Shown here piece by piece: positions 49,907 to 61,406 of a stretch of DNA of 64,000 bases; within the stretch, counting starts at the first letter, position 1; every line of letters begins with the position of its first letter. The DNA lies in the NCBI GenBank assembly GCA_049999805.1, contig JBNGIO010005723.1, forward strand, positions 1 through 64,000. The letters run 5' to 3'. The position numbers and the translations under genes are program-made. Below the pieces are notes generated by a model, which saw nothing but the letters and a program-made list of their open reading frames with translations, had not been told where the DNA came from and made no database searches. The DNA comes from Folioceros fuciformis (lineage: Eukaryota).

Positions 49907-52240
49907 TCATCCTTCTAGATCGGAAGACAGGCCAGCTGCATACAAGTTTCCAGTTGCGAGGTAGGCTTCCCGTTCGGATGGAACTAGCTTCACATCTCCT
50001 GTTCTGACATAGTTTTGGTAGCACATGAGGGCAAAGGAGATCGCCAACGCAATGCAGTAGAATCCGAAAGCGTAGAACTGGTGTTGGATGGGCAGCTTGA
50101 GAGATGCCTGCACCGCATGCCAAATTTTGTGACGTATGTTGACTAGGAGCACATCTGGGAGCGCAAAAGACACAGAATGATTTGAGGGAGAGGAACATGA
50201 AGGGACTTACAACAACTGCCTGGAGTAGAGACTGGATGATCAGGCCTGCAACTGAGTTGAGACTGAAGAGGAGAATGAATTGGCCATTTGTGAGAGAGCG
50301 CGCACATTGCACGTAGACAAGGCACAGGAGCAGTTGATTGATTCCTACAGCGATCACATAGGTGGGGTATGCAATGGTGAGGGTACTGCTGGAACCCATA
50401 ATGATGCAGAGGAGTCCCACGATCCCAGATCCGATGATGTACACAATGCCCCCTGTCTGGGCTGCAATCTTTGAAACTTGAACGGCTGCTAAAGCTGCAA
50501 TGCATGCAGCTCCCTGGGCTGCTGCAATGACATGGCCGTTGAAGTTAGAGAGTGGATCGATCCCATCAAACAAGCTTGTGCCATAGTTGGGGATCATAGC
50601 AAACCCAGCCGTTCCGAATGCCCACCTGTTCCAAAACACCAAAGTGATGCGATTTCAGTGGCTTGTAACAGCGACGTAGCGGACGACGTACAAGACCAAA
50701 CTATGAACAGGGTCTACCAAAGAGAGAGCAGACAGAGACCCTTGCTTCCCCAGGTTTCCCTCACAATGTTCAGGAAGCCCTGCAGCATGAAACACGATGT
50801 TCAGTAGACCCTCAGGGCTAACCAGTCATGACAACTAGGTGACTGCAAACATAGTCACATGCTGTGAGTCAAATTCATCAGTATACCTGACGAGAGGAGC
50901 ACAGGTTGGGGTTAAAGCGACCATTGCTTTGGAAATCTTGTGGTTCCCTTGGAAGTAGGAAGGAGGTCAAACAAGCAATAGATACCTGAAAGGACAGGAG
51001 AGGCGATCAATGAGTGACCACCAACAGCAAAGGCCAGCAAACATAACCCTGCAGCTCGTATATTGTTTGTTTTCTAGTTGACTCACCGAGGCTATGGTGA
51101 TGTATAAACTGCTCACCAATGGAAAGCCCCGATTTATAACCAGTTGCCCTGCAGCAACAACAGGAGTGACTTCGAGTATATGTACGTCGACATAATCCTT
51201 CCCATGGAAAAGTTATACGGGATATCTGGTGCCATTACTGGCAAGCTCCCAGGAGCCTTGCCCATGCAGAATACAACCTACCGATTTCAGCAGCGATTAC
51301 AAACGAGGTGAGGGATGACGCTTGCGAGAAGCTTGTCTGCACATACATGCGAACACCGTACCTGAGACCTTCAGTGACGTGTACCATGCATGAACTGGAT
51401 CTGATATATAGTGACGTATCTTACCAGCAGCTGATAGTCTTCCTCAGCTACCAGCAAAAACAGGTAGGATGAGAAAACCACATCTGAGGCTGTTCCGAGC
51501 CCATACGTAACCTTCAAGAAGAAGTACACGTACATCAGAGAATGGCCATGATGTATCACGTATCCACCCTCTCACCAGGTATCCAGAGAAGCACCTGCAT
51601 GAGCTGCATGGACAGCAAAGATGTGCCCGAAAGCAAGATAACGAATGTTGCTAAGCGTCCCAAAGAACCTGTGGAAGTCATCACATCTACCTTCATCAGG
51701 AGCTCTTACAACGACGCATTTCGGAGAACCAGAAACTTCTCTCCCTCCAACCAGAATGAAAGCATGAGCAATTACGATCCAGCAAACTGCTACTCACCTA
51801 CCAATTATGATGACAGTGCGGTAAGAGAGGATGGAACAAGCCGGGACAGCCAGCAAAGTGAAGCACAGCATTGAGTAGACTCCGACCGGGAAAATATTCC
51901 TGCTAACCTGTCAAACGTCCGCTAGCTCTTCAAACCTCGGCTCACACCAAATCTCAGCTCAGACTAACATTGCAATGCAGTCCAGTCGCATAATTTACCG
52001 GTATGGAGTCCCGCCACCTCTTACCTCATCATTCGTAAATTGCTTATCTCTGGTGAGGTAAGGGACCAGATACGGCTCCGACGGCTCAAATTGCAGACAC
52101 ATTGTGTAGAAGGTGAGCAGCAGAAGCAATTGCCATGGCCCCTCCCTCCAGAAAGACACAATTTCGCTGCAGACTGACATGCTTCTTCGCTCGCCGACCA
52201 CAGCAACCTCACTCACAGCTACGGATTTCCACTCTCCCAT
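49907..52240 (-). CDS. Reduced folate carrier / thiamine transporter (SLC19)-like membrane protein (multi-exon)
   Basis: FYTMCLQFEPSEPYLVPYL...FTNDEV, SLLSMQLMQ|VTYGLGTASDVVFSSYLF, SLVYPVHSLVLYVVRYV, NFNGHVIAAA, FILLFSLNS, LPIQHQFYAFG; many hydrophobic segments. Confidence 0.8.
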
Positions 52241-52704
52241 CCAGACATCCCTGTCGGCCCCGTAGCAGGAACGGGAGCCTGAACTGTCTCATCGTTTCTG
52301 TTTACCGTGCTGTCATCGCATAACGGCAAACGAAGGTCCAGCTGCGCCGGGAGAAACGTACGAGCGGCTGCTGCTACCTGACCGGAATGTGTGCCAGCAT
52401 GATGCTTACCATTGGCGGAGCCTTTTTCCACTGTGGACTGGAACCTTGAGTAAGTGGGGAAAAAGAAGGGTAAAAACAAACAAAAACACAACGACAAAAA
52501 GAAACGAGTGCAGGAGAGAGAGCCAGAAAGGACGACAGGGAAGCATTCCAAGTCGAAACTGGCCAGCCTTACCACACAGAGCCCAACCGAGCCCGAGACC
52601 GAGACCGAGACCGAGCTCTACGTGGGAAGTACAAAAATTCGAAGGCACGGTACAGTCGGTCCACATCGCTGTTGGTGGTGCTGAGCATTGCGATAAGCGA
52701 GTGG

Positions 52705-55244
52705 ATGCCCAGGCATGCTGTAGAGATGGAGGTGTCGGAGGAAGCGCGTCATGACAAGCGGGCTGTGGATGAGGATGCGGCAGCCAATTCTGGGGTGCCA
52801 TGTCCTGAAGGGGCAAGCTTGATGGAGACCACTACTTCCACATGGAATTTCTCCTCTGGCAGCCCCGGGCGGGAGGCTACACGAGGAGTGGTGCATCTGT
52901 TCAACAGTAGCGAAATTGACGGGGACTGTCAGCATGAGGCTCTGCCTGTAATTCTCGATTTCCCTGCAGCGGATGGTGGTTCTGTGCTGGGCAGCAGCGA
53001 ATTCGAAAGGGAGTGACCGGCATTGCGGCTTGGTGTGCAGGCTGGGCGGCGTCCACATCTGTGCGTGCTGGGTGTTCCGAATCACGTGACTGGAGCTGAT
53101 TTCTGTGTGTTTGCAGGATCCTTCATCTCCAACATCACGGAGGTGCAGTTGATCAGGTGACCTGCATGGTAGTTTCAGTCAGTGGGGATGTGTCACGCAC
53201 AGTGTACTGGCGCTAATAGGTGGGGTGACGACTTCCTGGCAGGACTGAGGGAGTGAAGGATAGGTACTGTGCGTTGCTCAAATTGGACACGCTTGAGTCG
53301 GCTGATGCTTTCTGCAAGGACCTGAACGGCAAGAAGTTCACCTGGATTGAGGTATGGTCCTCGTGTGCCGTGGATGTGGATATGGCAACTTGGCGTTCCA
53401 TGGATTGTTCTAGACTGCTGGAGGTGGTGAACGTGGCAGGACGACGTGTGCAAGGTCATGTATGTAGCAAACGTGCAGTGCGTTGGTGATGAAGACCAAT
53501 CCTCAGCTCCTGCGATTGTGCCGGCAGAGCCTCCCAACTGCCCCGTGTGCCTAGGTATGCTTCTGTGTGAACCCGTCAGGAGGATGTGCGATGCGGACTT
53601 GTTGACATTCGTTTATTGTCTGTCTAGAGAGGCTGGATCAACAGGTTAGTGGAGTTCTTACGACGCTATGCAATCACTCGTTCCATACAACATGCATCTC
53701 ACAGTGGAGAGATTCATCATGTCCAGTAAGTTTGGTATTTGTTGACTGTTTGCTGTTGGTCCTGGGTGTGGGTGGGGAGGAGGCAAAGGGGGAAAGCTTC
53801 TCATCTTTTTTGTGCTCCATGATTTGATCTACAGGTGTGTCGTTACAAACAGCAGCAGTCAGAAACATCCATATGCTCGATTTGTGGAGCTTCTGAGAGC
53901 CTTTGGATCTGCGTTGTGTGTGGATTTGTAGGGTGCGGAAGGTACTGAAGATCTTTCCTTTTTTCCTTTGTCTGCTTGTGCTCTTTGCATCTTGACCTGA
54001 ACCGGACACTTCAACCCTGCAGGTATCAAGCTGGCCATGCTGAGAATCACTACAAGCTCACCAATCACTGTTACTCTTTAGAGCTTGAGACGCAACGTGT
54101 GTGGGACTATGTGGGAGATGGGTACGTACATCGTTTGATTCAGTCAAAGACGGGCGGAAAGGTTGTAGAAGTTCCAAGCCCTTGCCAAGAAGGTTCTGAT
54201 GACAGGAGTAGCTCATATGGATGGAGCAAAGGTGCAGAGTACCTGGAAGCGATCACTCAAAGTAAAATAGAATCCGTGAGCGAATCTGTCCCCCTTGAAA
54301 TCCTACTTGCTGGTTTCACAGTCTTGGGAGATGGTTTGATGGATTTTCACTGAAAAACGGAGTCGCGGGTAAGACATCAGAAGCAGCTCACTGTGCTTTC
54401 CTCTTCCTAATTTTCCAGATATCTTACGAGTACAATCATCTTCTGACTACTCAGCTGGAAAGCCAGAGAGAGGTACAAGCATCGTATGAATGTGTGGTTA
54501 CGCTACAGCCATTCTTCTCCTTCACCAAGTGGTGCATCTCTCATCCGTACTGTCTTGTGTTTGCAGTACTTCGAACGAGAAATGACTACCATAGAGGAGC
54601 GCACAGCAAACACTGTTGAGGCATCTTTCAACCAAAGACTGCAGAAACTTCACAGGAAGATGGATGACAAGCTTCAGGCACGGGATAAAGAGAAACGGGA
54701 GTTGGAGCAGGTACTATTGCGACCTTTCGTCTTGGATTGCTTGCTACGAGATGCTAATGTGGTCCTTACCCTTGCCCTACCTTGTCAGATCAATGAGGCA
54801 TTGAGCAAGGACCAAATGCTATTGCGCCAGAAACTGAAGGACCTAGAAGCCAGGTACATTGATGAGTCAGACTCGTGTTATTGTAGAAGCTGGCATAAAA
54901 ACTGAGAGGCTGATGGTCGATGGGTTTGTCGCCATTGTGGACAGCCATGAAGCTCAACTGAAACAGAAGGATGCGATGATTGCAGACCTGGAAGAGCAGG
55001 TGGGTCGTCTCACGTTGTTGTTGGATTACAGCACCCCTCCCCTAGATACTGGAGCTATGAACAATAAAGTGCCGTGTCCTGCTCATAGGTGAGGGACTAC
55101 ATGATTCATATTCAGGCCCAGCAAACGGTGGCAAAAGATGCGGATGCCAAGGATACCCGAGACGGTACTATCTTACCTCTTCCTTCCAACAATCGTGCCG
55201 AAAGGAGCGGAAAGCCTTCCAAACGGAACCCCAGGAAGAAGTGA
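52705..55244 (+). CDS. BRAP2 / RING / ZnF-UBP E3 ligase (BRIZ-like), multi-exon
   Basis: [94 protein letters not shown]-terminal coiled coil; start approximate. Confidence 0.92.
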
Positions 55245-56026
55245 TGGCTGACATGCGTTGTACAGTGGTTAGACTGGAGTCCATGTGTAGATAATAGATG
55301 CATATGAAGATGGATATAAGGCTGCCGATTCTAAACATCCACACTTCTGCAAATGCGGTGTACACTGTTTTCCTGTGGCGTGCAACTTGCCGGTGTGTTG
55401 ACGGACCCACAAGCTGACTGAATCAGGAATTTTGGCCGGGAATCACGGCACCAATCGTCAGCTATGGACGGACGCTCCATACGCCCACATCACCACCATT
55501 CGGCTCTTCTCTGGCTACGTCACTGTCACAGTACAAATGCACATGCTAGTTAGAGGCCGGCCTGGCCTGGGCAGTCGACTAACGACCTCTTCCTGCGTTG
55601 ATTCCTATGATATCTATTGATACCAGTCAGAAGACATGGAGATGCACCAATAACAGGCAGATGGGAAGGCATGCGCGGCATAGAACAGGGATAACAAAAA
55701 TACGTAGCACATGGCATGGGTCCACTTTGTGGGCGCGCAGCCGCTTTCCTCATACAGATGTTTCGCATCTTCGGAATGTAACTTTCATCCTGTAAAACTG
55801 AAACACGAATATCTCGAAAGAGGCCGAAACCGCGTTCAAAAGAGCCCCACGAGTGCAGGTAGTAAGTGCAGTGAATGGTCTGCATCTTCACTTCTCATTG
55901 CACATCATTTCTGAAGTCTCCTGGGACGGCATCTGAAAGGCGATGGCTAGGAGTTGCGAATGCAGGCGAAGCATCATTTGATGCAGGCCATCTCCCCGGT
56001 CGGGGGAAGCCATTGGCAGTACTGGT

Positions 56027-59000
56027 TCAGCCTCGCTTGGCTTTTGGAATGATTTCATTTCCAACCTGAAAGCTGTGCACCAATCCGTCCTTGTCTGTCC
56101 ACCAGCTCTGACCCGGCTGCTTCCTGGCCCTGATTCGCTTTCTCCTTCCCAGTAACTCCTGTGCCTGCTCCCACATCTGGACACCGGTGTACAAGTTGCA
56201 CATCACCACATACGCTGACACATCTTGCTTGTCTATCTTCACTGCTTGCTCAAAAGCATAGCGTCCCACCTCCACGTTGCTCCACTTGCGACACGCACCC
56301 AAGAGTGCATGCCAAACTGCAGAATCAGGCACAACTGGCATTGTTTTAACCAAAGCGAGCGCTTCATCCAGTCGGCCTGCTCGGCCCATAAGGTCTACCA
56401 TGCATGTGTAGTACTCCACCGTGGGTGTCATGGCGACATGTCTGCTCATCGCTTCGAAGAACTCGAGCCCTTCATTCAGTAGCCCCGTGTGACTGCACAC
56501 GTTCAGCACAGCAGCGAACGTGTGGCGATCAGGCTGAATGCCGTCTTGTATCATTCTGATCACCAAGCGAAAGACCTCTACACTGTCTCCTTGATGACTG
56601 TACCCTGCAATTAGTAGATTCCAGGCCACGAGGTGCCTTTGAGGCAATGTTTCGAACACCTGCCGTGCATCAACCATGCTTCCAGACCGTGTGTACATGT
56701 TCATCAGACTCCCGGCTACAAACAGATCGGCTCGAAGTCCTCGTTCTTCAATCTGCGCGTGCAGCTGCCTCCCCAAATGCAAAGCTGCCAGATTTGCACA
56801 GGCCTGCAGAAGACCAACGAAAGTCACAGAAGTGGGTACAGCAATGCCTTCGTTCTGCATACCTCTGTACAGATGAAGGGCTTCCTGGCCCATGCCCTGC
56901 TGGGAATACCCCGCAATTAGGGCAGTCCACGTCACCACATCTTTATCAGCAAGTCCATCAAACACTGCTCGGCCATCTTCCAAGCTGCCACACTTTGCAT
57001 ACATGTTCACCAAACTGCTCCCAACAAACACGTCAGCTTGGAGCCCTCTTTCTCTGATTTGTGCATGAAGCTGCCTCCCCATTTCCAGAGCTTCGGTGCC
57101 CAGACGTGCACATGCCTGCAAGAGGCACACCAGGGTAGCGGAATTCGCCACTGCCATTTCATCCTCTTGCATAGCGCTGAAGAGTTGAAAGGCTTGCTGG
57201 CTCATCCCCCGCTGACAATATCCTGCAATTAGAGCAGTCCATGCCATTGCATCTTTCTGACCAAGTGCATCAAATACACTCTGAGCATCCTCTAGGTTGC
57301 CACACTTTCCATACATGTTTACCAAACTGCTCGCTAGTAACAAATCAGCTTGGTGTCCTCGTTCTCCAATCTGCACGTGGAGCTCCCTCCCCTTCTCTAA
57401 GGCTGGCGTGCCAACACTTGCGCATGCCTTCAGGAGGCACACAAATGTCACAGAATCGGGTTCAGCACCGTCTTGTTGCATATCAGTGTAAACTTGCAGA
57501 GCTTCCAGGCCCATGCCCTGGTGAGAGTACCCTGAGATCATAGCATTCCATGCAACCACGTCCTTTTCAACAAGCCCATCGAACACTCCGTGAGCATCCT
57601 CCAGGCTGCCACATTTTGCATACATGTTCACCAAACTGTTGGCTACAAAGACATCCTTTTCATGTCCATGTTCTCTAATTTGAATATGAAGTTCCTTCCC
57701 CTTTTCCAAGGCTAGGGTGCCGACACTTGCACATGCCTGCAGGAGGCACACAAATGTAACAGAGTTGGGTGCAACAATGCCATCTCGTTGCATTGCGCTG
57801 TAAAGATCAAGAGCTTCCTGCCCCATGCCCTGATAGGAATAACCTGCTATCACGGCACTCCATATCACCACATTTTTATCGGTCAGTCCATCGAACACAC
57901 CCCGAGCATCCTGTAGGCTGCCACATTTTGCATACATGTTCACCAAACTGCTGGCTACAAACACATGGCCCTGAAGCCCTTGATCTGTAATTTGCAAATG
58001 AAGCTGCCTCCCACTCTCCAGAGCTTGGGTGCCAACGCTTGCACATGCCTGCAAGAGGCAAACAAATGTCACGGAATCAGGTAAGACATTGGAATCTTTT
58101 AGCATAACACTATAAAGATAAAGGGCTTCCTGGTTCATGCCGTGCTGGGAATACTGTGTTATCATTGCATTCCACGTTGCGACATCCTTTTGACCAAGTT
58201 CGTCAAACACTCTTTGAGCATCTACCAAGCTTCCACACTTTGCATACATGTTCAACAAACCATTGGCTAAACGCAAATCAGTGGCCTCTCCTCGTTTTCT
58301 GATTTGTATATGGATCTGTTTCCCCTTCTCCAATGCTGGGTTTCCCACACTTGCACATGCCTGTAAGAGGCACAGAAGTGTCACAGAATCAGGTACAACC
58401 ATTCCATCTTTTTGCATGACACTGTAAAGATGAAGGGCTTCCTGACCCATTCCTTGCTGACAATATCCTGAGATCATGCCATTCCAAGTGACCACATCTT
58501 TTCGAGCAAGTCCGTCAAACACTTTGCGGGCATCTTCTAGGTTGCCGCACTTTGCATACATGTTTACCAAACTATTGGCCACAAAAGTGTCGGCTTGGTG
58601 TCCTAGCCCTTTTATCTGCATATGCAAATGCTTACCGTTTTCAAGAGCTGGAGCACCGACACTTGCACACGCCTGGAGGAGGCACACGAAAGTCACAGAA
58701 TTGGGTACAGACATGCCGTCTTTTTGCATGTCGTTGTACAGGCGAAGGGCTTCCTGGCCCATACCCAACCGGGAATATCCTGCGATCAGAGCAGTCCACG
58801 TCACGACATCTTTCTCCCCAAGACCGTCAAACACGCTTTGAGCGTCTTCCAAACTGCCGCACTTTGCGTACATGTCCACGACGCAATTACAGACAAACAA
58901 GTCACTCTGAAACCGGCTGGCCAATACATGGGCATGCACCTCCTGCCCAGACTCCAAATCTGCTCCTTCGCCACAAGCCTGGAGAGCTGCCACAAACACA

Positions 59001-59797
59001 TGCCCATCCGGCTCCACACCTGACCCCCGCATCCGACGATACAGTTTCATAGCCTGCTTATCTTGCCCGTTCTTCACATGGGCACATATGATCGAGGACC
59101 ACATGAAAGCATCTGGTTTGGCCACCAGGGAAAACACATCCATCGCATCTTGCAACCTGCCATGAGAAACATACATTCGCAGGATGTGGTTGCACAGGAA
59201 TGTATCCGACCGATAACCTGCTGCAACCGTGAATGCATGGACCCGCCGACCCAGAACAAGATCCTTCTTCACCATACATTTCTTCAGGACAGTATAAAAA
59301 ACAGACGTGGAAACACAACAGTCTCTCTGCACTAGAAGTCCCAGGGCTTCCACTGCCTGTGTGAGATTGCCTTGATGACATAAAGCGCCGACAGTTTCAG
59401 CCGTGACGACCATTTCATGTCCAGCGGCCCTGGCATCACTCGCCAGGCTGCAGTCAGATTCCCTCGTCGCCACATCTACCGAAAATGGTAACGTCCAGCG
59501 AGGATTTTCGGCGACCGATCCGTGCCCAGTCACACGCCCTCCTTGATGAGCTGCCTTTCTTGCAAATGTGCTTAATCTAGCTGCTTCCTTGTTCGTCAAG
59601 GATCGGTCCCTCAAATTCAGGCGAGCGGGAGCACTTCCTGTAATACCAATTTGCTCGCTCCACCAACACGATCCCCCCAAGGGGTCTGGTGGTCCTTTCC
59701 GTGGATCCACAATCATGCCCCAGACAAGCATGGCGTCTAGGATACGCAGCAAAATTCTCTGCCAAAACCCTACTGCAAGGGTTAAAGGGTTTAACAT
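56027..59797 (-). CDS. PLS-class PPR protein, E+ with truncated WW-type DYW start
   Basis: Long P-L-S array, YYTCMVDLMGRAG, VWHALLGACRKW, KQPGQSWWTDKDGLVHSFQVG then stop; start codon uncertain. Confidence 0.95.
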   Translation of the reverse strand: MLNPLTLAVGFWQRILLRILDAMLVWGMIVDPRKGPPDPLGGSCWWSEQIGITGSAPARLNLRDRSLTNKEAARLSTFARKAAHQGGRVTGHGSVAENPRWTLPFSVDVATRESDCSLASDARAAGHEMVVTAETVGALCHQGNLTQAVEALGLLVQRDCCVSTSVFYTVLKKCMVKKDLVLGRRVHAFTVAAGYRSDTFLCNHILRMYVSHGRLQDAMDVFSLVAKPDAFMWSSIICAHVKNGQDKQAMKLYRRMRGSGVEPDGHVFVAALQACGEGADLESGQEVHAHVLASRFQSDLFVCNCVVDMYAKCGSLEDAQSVFDGLGEKDVVTWTALIAGYSRLGMGQEALRLYNDMQKDGMSVPNSVTFVCLLQACASVGAPALENGKHLHMQIKGLGHQADTFVANSLVNMYAKCGNLEDARKVFDGLARKDVVTWNGMISGYCQQGMGQEALHLYSVMQKDGMVVPDSVTLLCLLQACASVGNPALEKGKQIHIQIRKRGEATDLRLANGLLNMYAKCGSLVDAQRVFDELGQKDVATWNAMITQYSQHGMNQEALYLYSVMLKDSNVLPDSVTFVCLLQACASVGTQALESGRQLHLQITDQGLQGHVFVASSLVNMYAKCGSLQDARGVFDGLTDKNVVIWSAVIAGYSYQGMGQEALDLYSAMQRDGIVAPNSVTFVCLLQACASVGTLALEKGKELHIQIREHGHEKDVFVANSLVNMYAKCGSLEDAHGVFDGLVEKDVVAWNAMISGYSHQGMGLEALQVYTDMQQDGAEPDSVTFVCLLKACASVGTPALEKGRELHVQIGERGHQADLLLASSLVNMYGKCGNLEDAQSVFDALGQKDAMAWTALIAGYCQRGMSQQAFQLFSAMQEDEMAVANSATLVCLLQACARLGTEALEMGRQLHAQIRERGLQADVFVGSSLVNMYAKCGSLEDGRAVFDGLADKDVVTWTALIAGYSQQGMGQEALHLYRGMQNEGIAVPTSVTFVGLLQACANLAALHLGRQLHAQIEERGLRADLFVAGSLMNMYTRSGSMVDARQVFETLPQRHLVAWNLLIAGYSHQGDSVEVFRLVIRMIQDGIQPDRHTFAAVLNVCSHTGLLNEGLEFFEAMSRHVAMTPTVEYYTCMVDLMGRAGRLDEALALVKTMPVVPDSAVWHALLGACRKWSNVEVGRYAFEQAVKIDKQDVSAYVVMCNLYTGVQMWEQAQELLGRRKRIRARKQPGQSWWTDKDGLVHSFQVGNEIIPKAKRG

Positions 59798-59880
59798 GTC
59801 TAGCAACAATCTGGTTTGATATTTTCTTCAGCCTCTGCTAGCCGTCCGGTGATCCAACCACATTTGGCAAGTGAACGGAA

Positions 59881-61232
59881 ATGGGAATACAAGGATTGAA
59901 GAAACACGCCCAGGCTGTACGTGAATCGCTCACGGTAATGCTTCTGCAAATTGCTTCGCAGAAGATCTCAAATTCATTTGCGTTGTGTTTGACATGTTAG
60001 AGCTGCAAATCCTGAATGAATTTTGCGTGGCAGCTGCTGGATGTGCCTGCAATCGATTCTGTTCAGAAAGTACCATGGGATGACGTGAAAAAACTTGCAG
60101 AGCAAGTATCTAAGCATGCGACAACAGGTAGGGCGGACATCAGGTCTTCCAAAAATTTGCAGATGCTTGCGTCCAGTCTTGTGGGATGATCCAGCCCAGT
60201 TTTGTTGGATGTGTGCAATTCAGTTGGATTGTTGGGAAGTAAACTTGAAGACACAGTTGAAGCCGTGAAGACATATTTGGATACACTTGAAGGGTTGGTT
60301 CTACTGTCTCATGGGAGCACAGTCGGAGCAGGCCACACGCTTTTAACTGCTGTTCGTGAGAATACTCTCAAAGTGGTAGAGACGAGCTTGAGCCTCCTGG
60401 ACACAGCCATGCTTCTAGCCTGTAAAAGTAAGCATCGTTTCCATCAACTGCTTCGTGCACAAGTTGCATGTCGGGAGCCCTAACTGGGCTAGTTGTGTCT
60501 TCAGCAGCTGATGACAGTGAACGAAAGGTCGTCCTACCGACTGCAGTTGGCAAGGTTTGGGAAGCATGCAAGGCTTTGCAGAAGGTTCCCACGGACAACC
60601 GAGCTGCTGTCGGAAGGAGCATAATCCAAGTAATCGCGAGCATGCAAGATGTCACCCGGGAGTTGGATCAGGTCAGGGAATCTGCTCTGAATGACTCGAC
60701 TGCCATCTCCGACCTGCGCCTGGATGAGAGAATATCAGATAGTGGTACCAGTAGCAGTCCAGTAGCTCTACTGCCCGAAGAGGTCCCCCCTTCTCCTGCG
60801 GGCGATGACGAAGCCTCTGCCTCCGAGGACATGGATTTCGGCCAAGAACTGTCTGACGAGGAAATGGGAGTGGTGAAAGCGTCGACGCCGGTGATTGATT
60901 CCTTGATCCTAGTGCTCAAGGAAGTGGTCTATGTGGTTGCTGACAAGAAAGCAGAGACACCAGTGGACCACTGGGAGGGCCTGCTGGCGTGTTGCAAAAC
61001 CCTGGGAGTGACTGTGGAGGAGCTTGGGTCATTCCTATATCCCCCGCAAGAGCAGGATCAGCTCCAAGGCTGTTTGCGGAAGCTTAACTATGTATTAGCC
61101 CAGGTGCAGGAAGAAATTTTGGGGATGCGGGGCCCCTTGCCAGAGAGCCTTCAAGCAGCATGGGATCACGCGCAGTCTTCTATAGCTCTTCTCCAGCAGA
61201 CTTTGAATGCTGCAGATGCCAAACTTGAATGA
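59881..61232 (+). CDS. GCIP / cyclin-D1-binding protein 1 homolog (multi-exon)
   Basis: VPWDDVKKLAEQVSKHATT, LLSHGSTVGAGHTL, VGKVWEACKALQKVPTDNRAAVGR, acidic linker, VEELGSFLYPPQE. Confidence 0.82.
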
Positions 61233-61406
61233 CCTCGTGTGCAGCAAAGGATACGAGAGTGATATTCCCCTTGAGCTATCACGAAGCGCTCTCTAGCCGC
61301 GAATCAGCTGAATCCAGGTTAACGCGGGCACGCAAGATGTCATTGTCAACCCTAATTGCACACCGTTTGTCATCCGCGGTGGTCACGTATCGGTAGATTG
61401 TCATGT

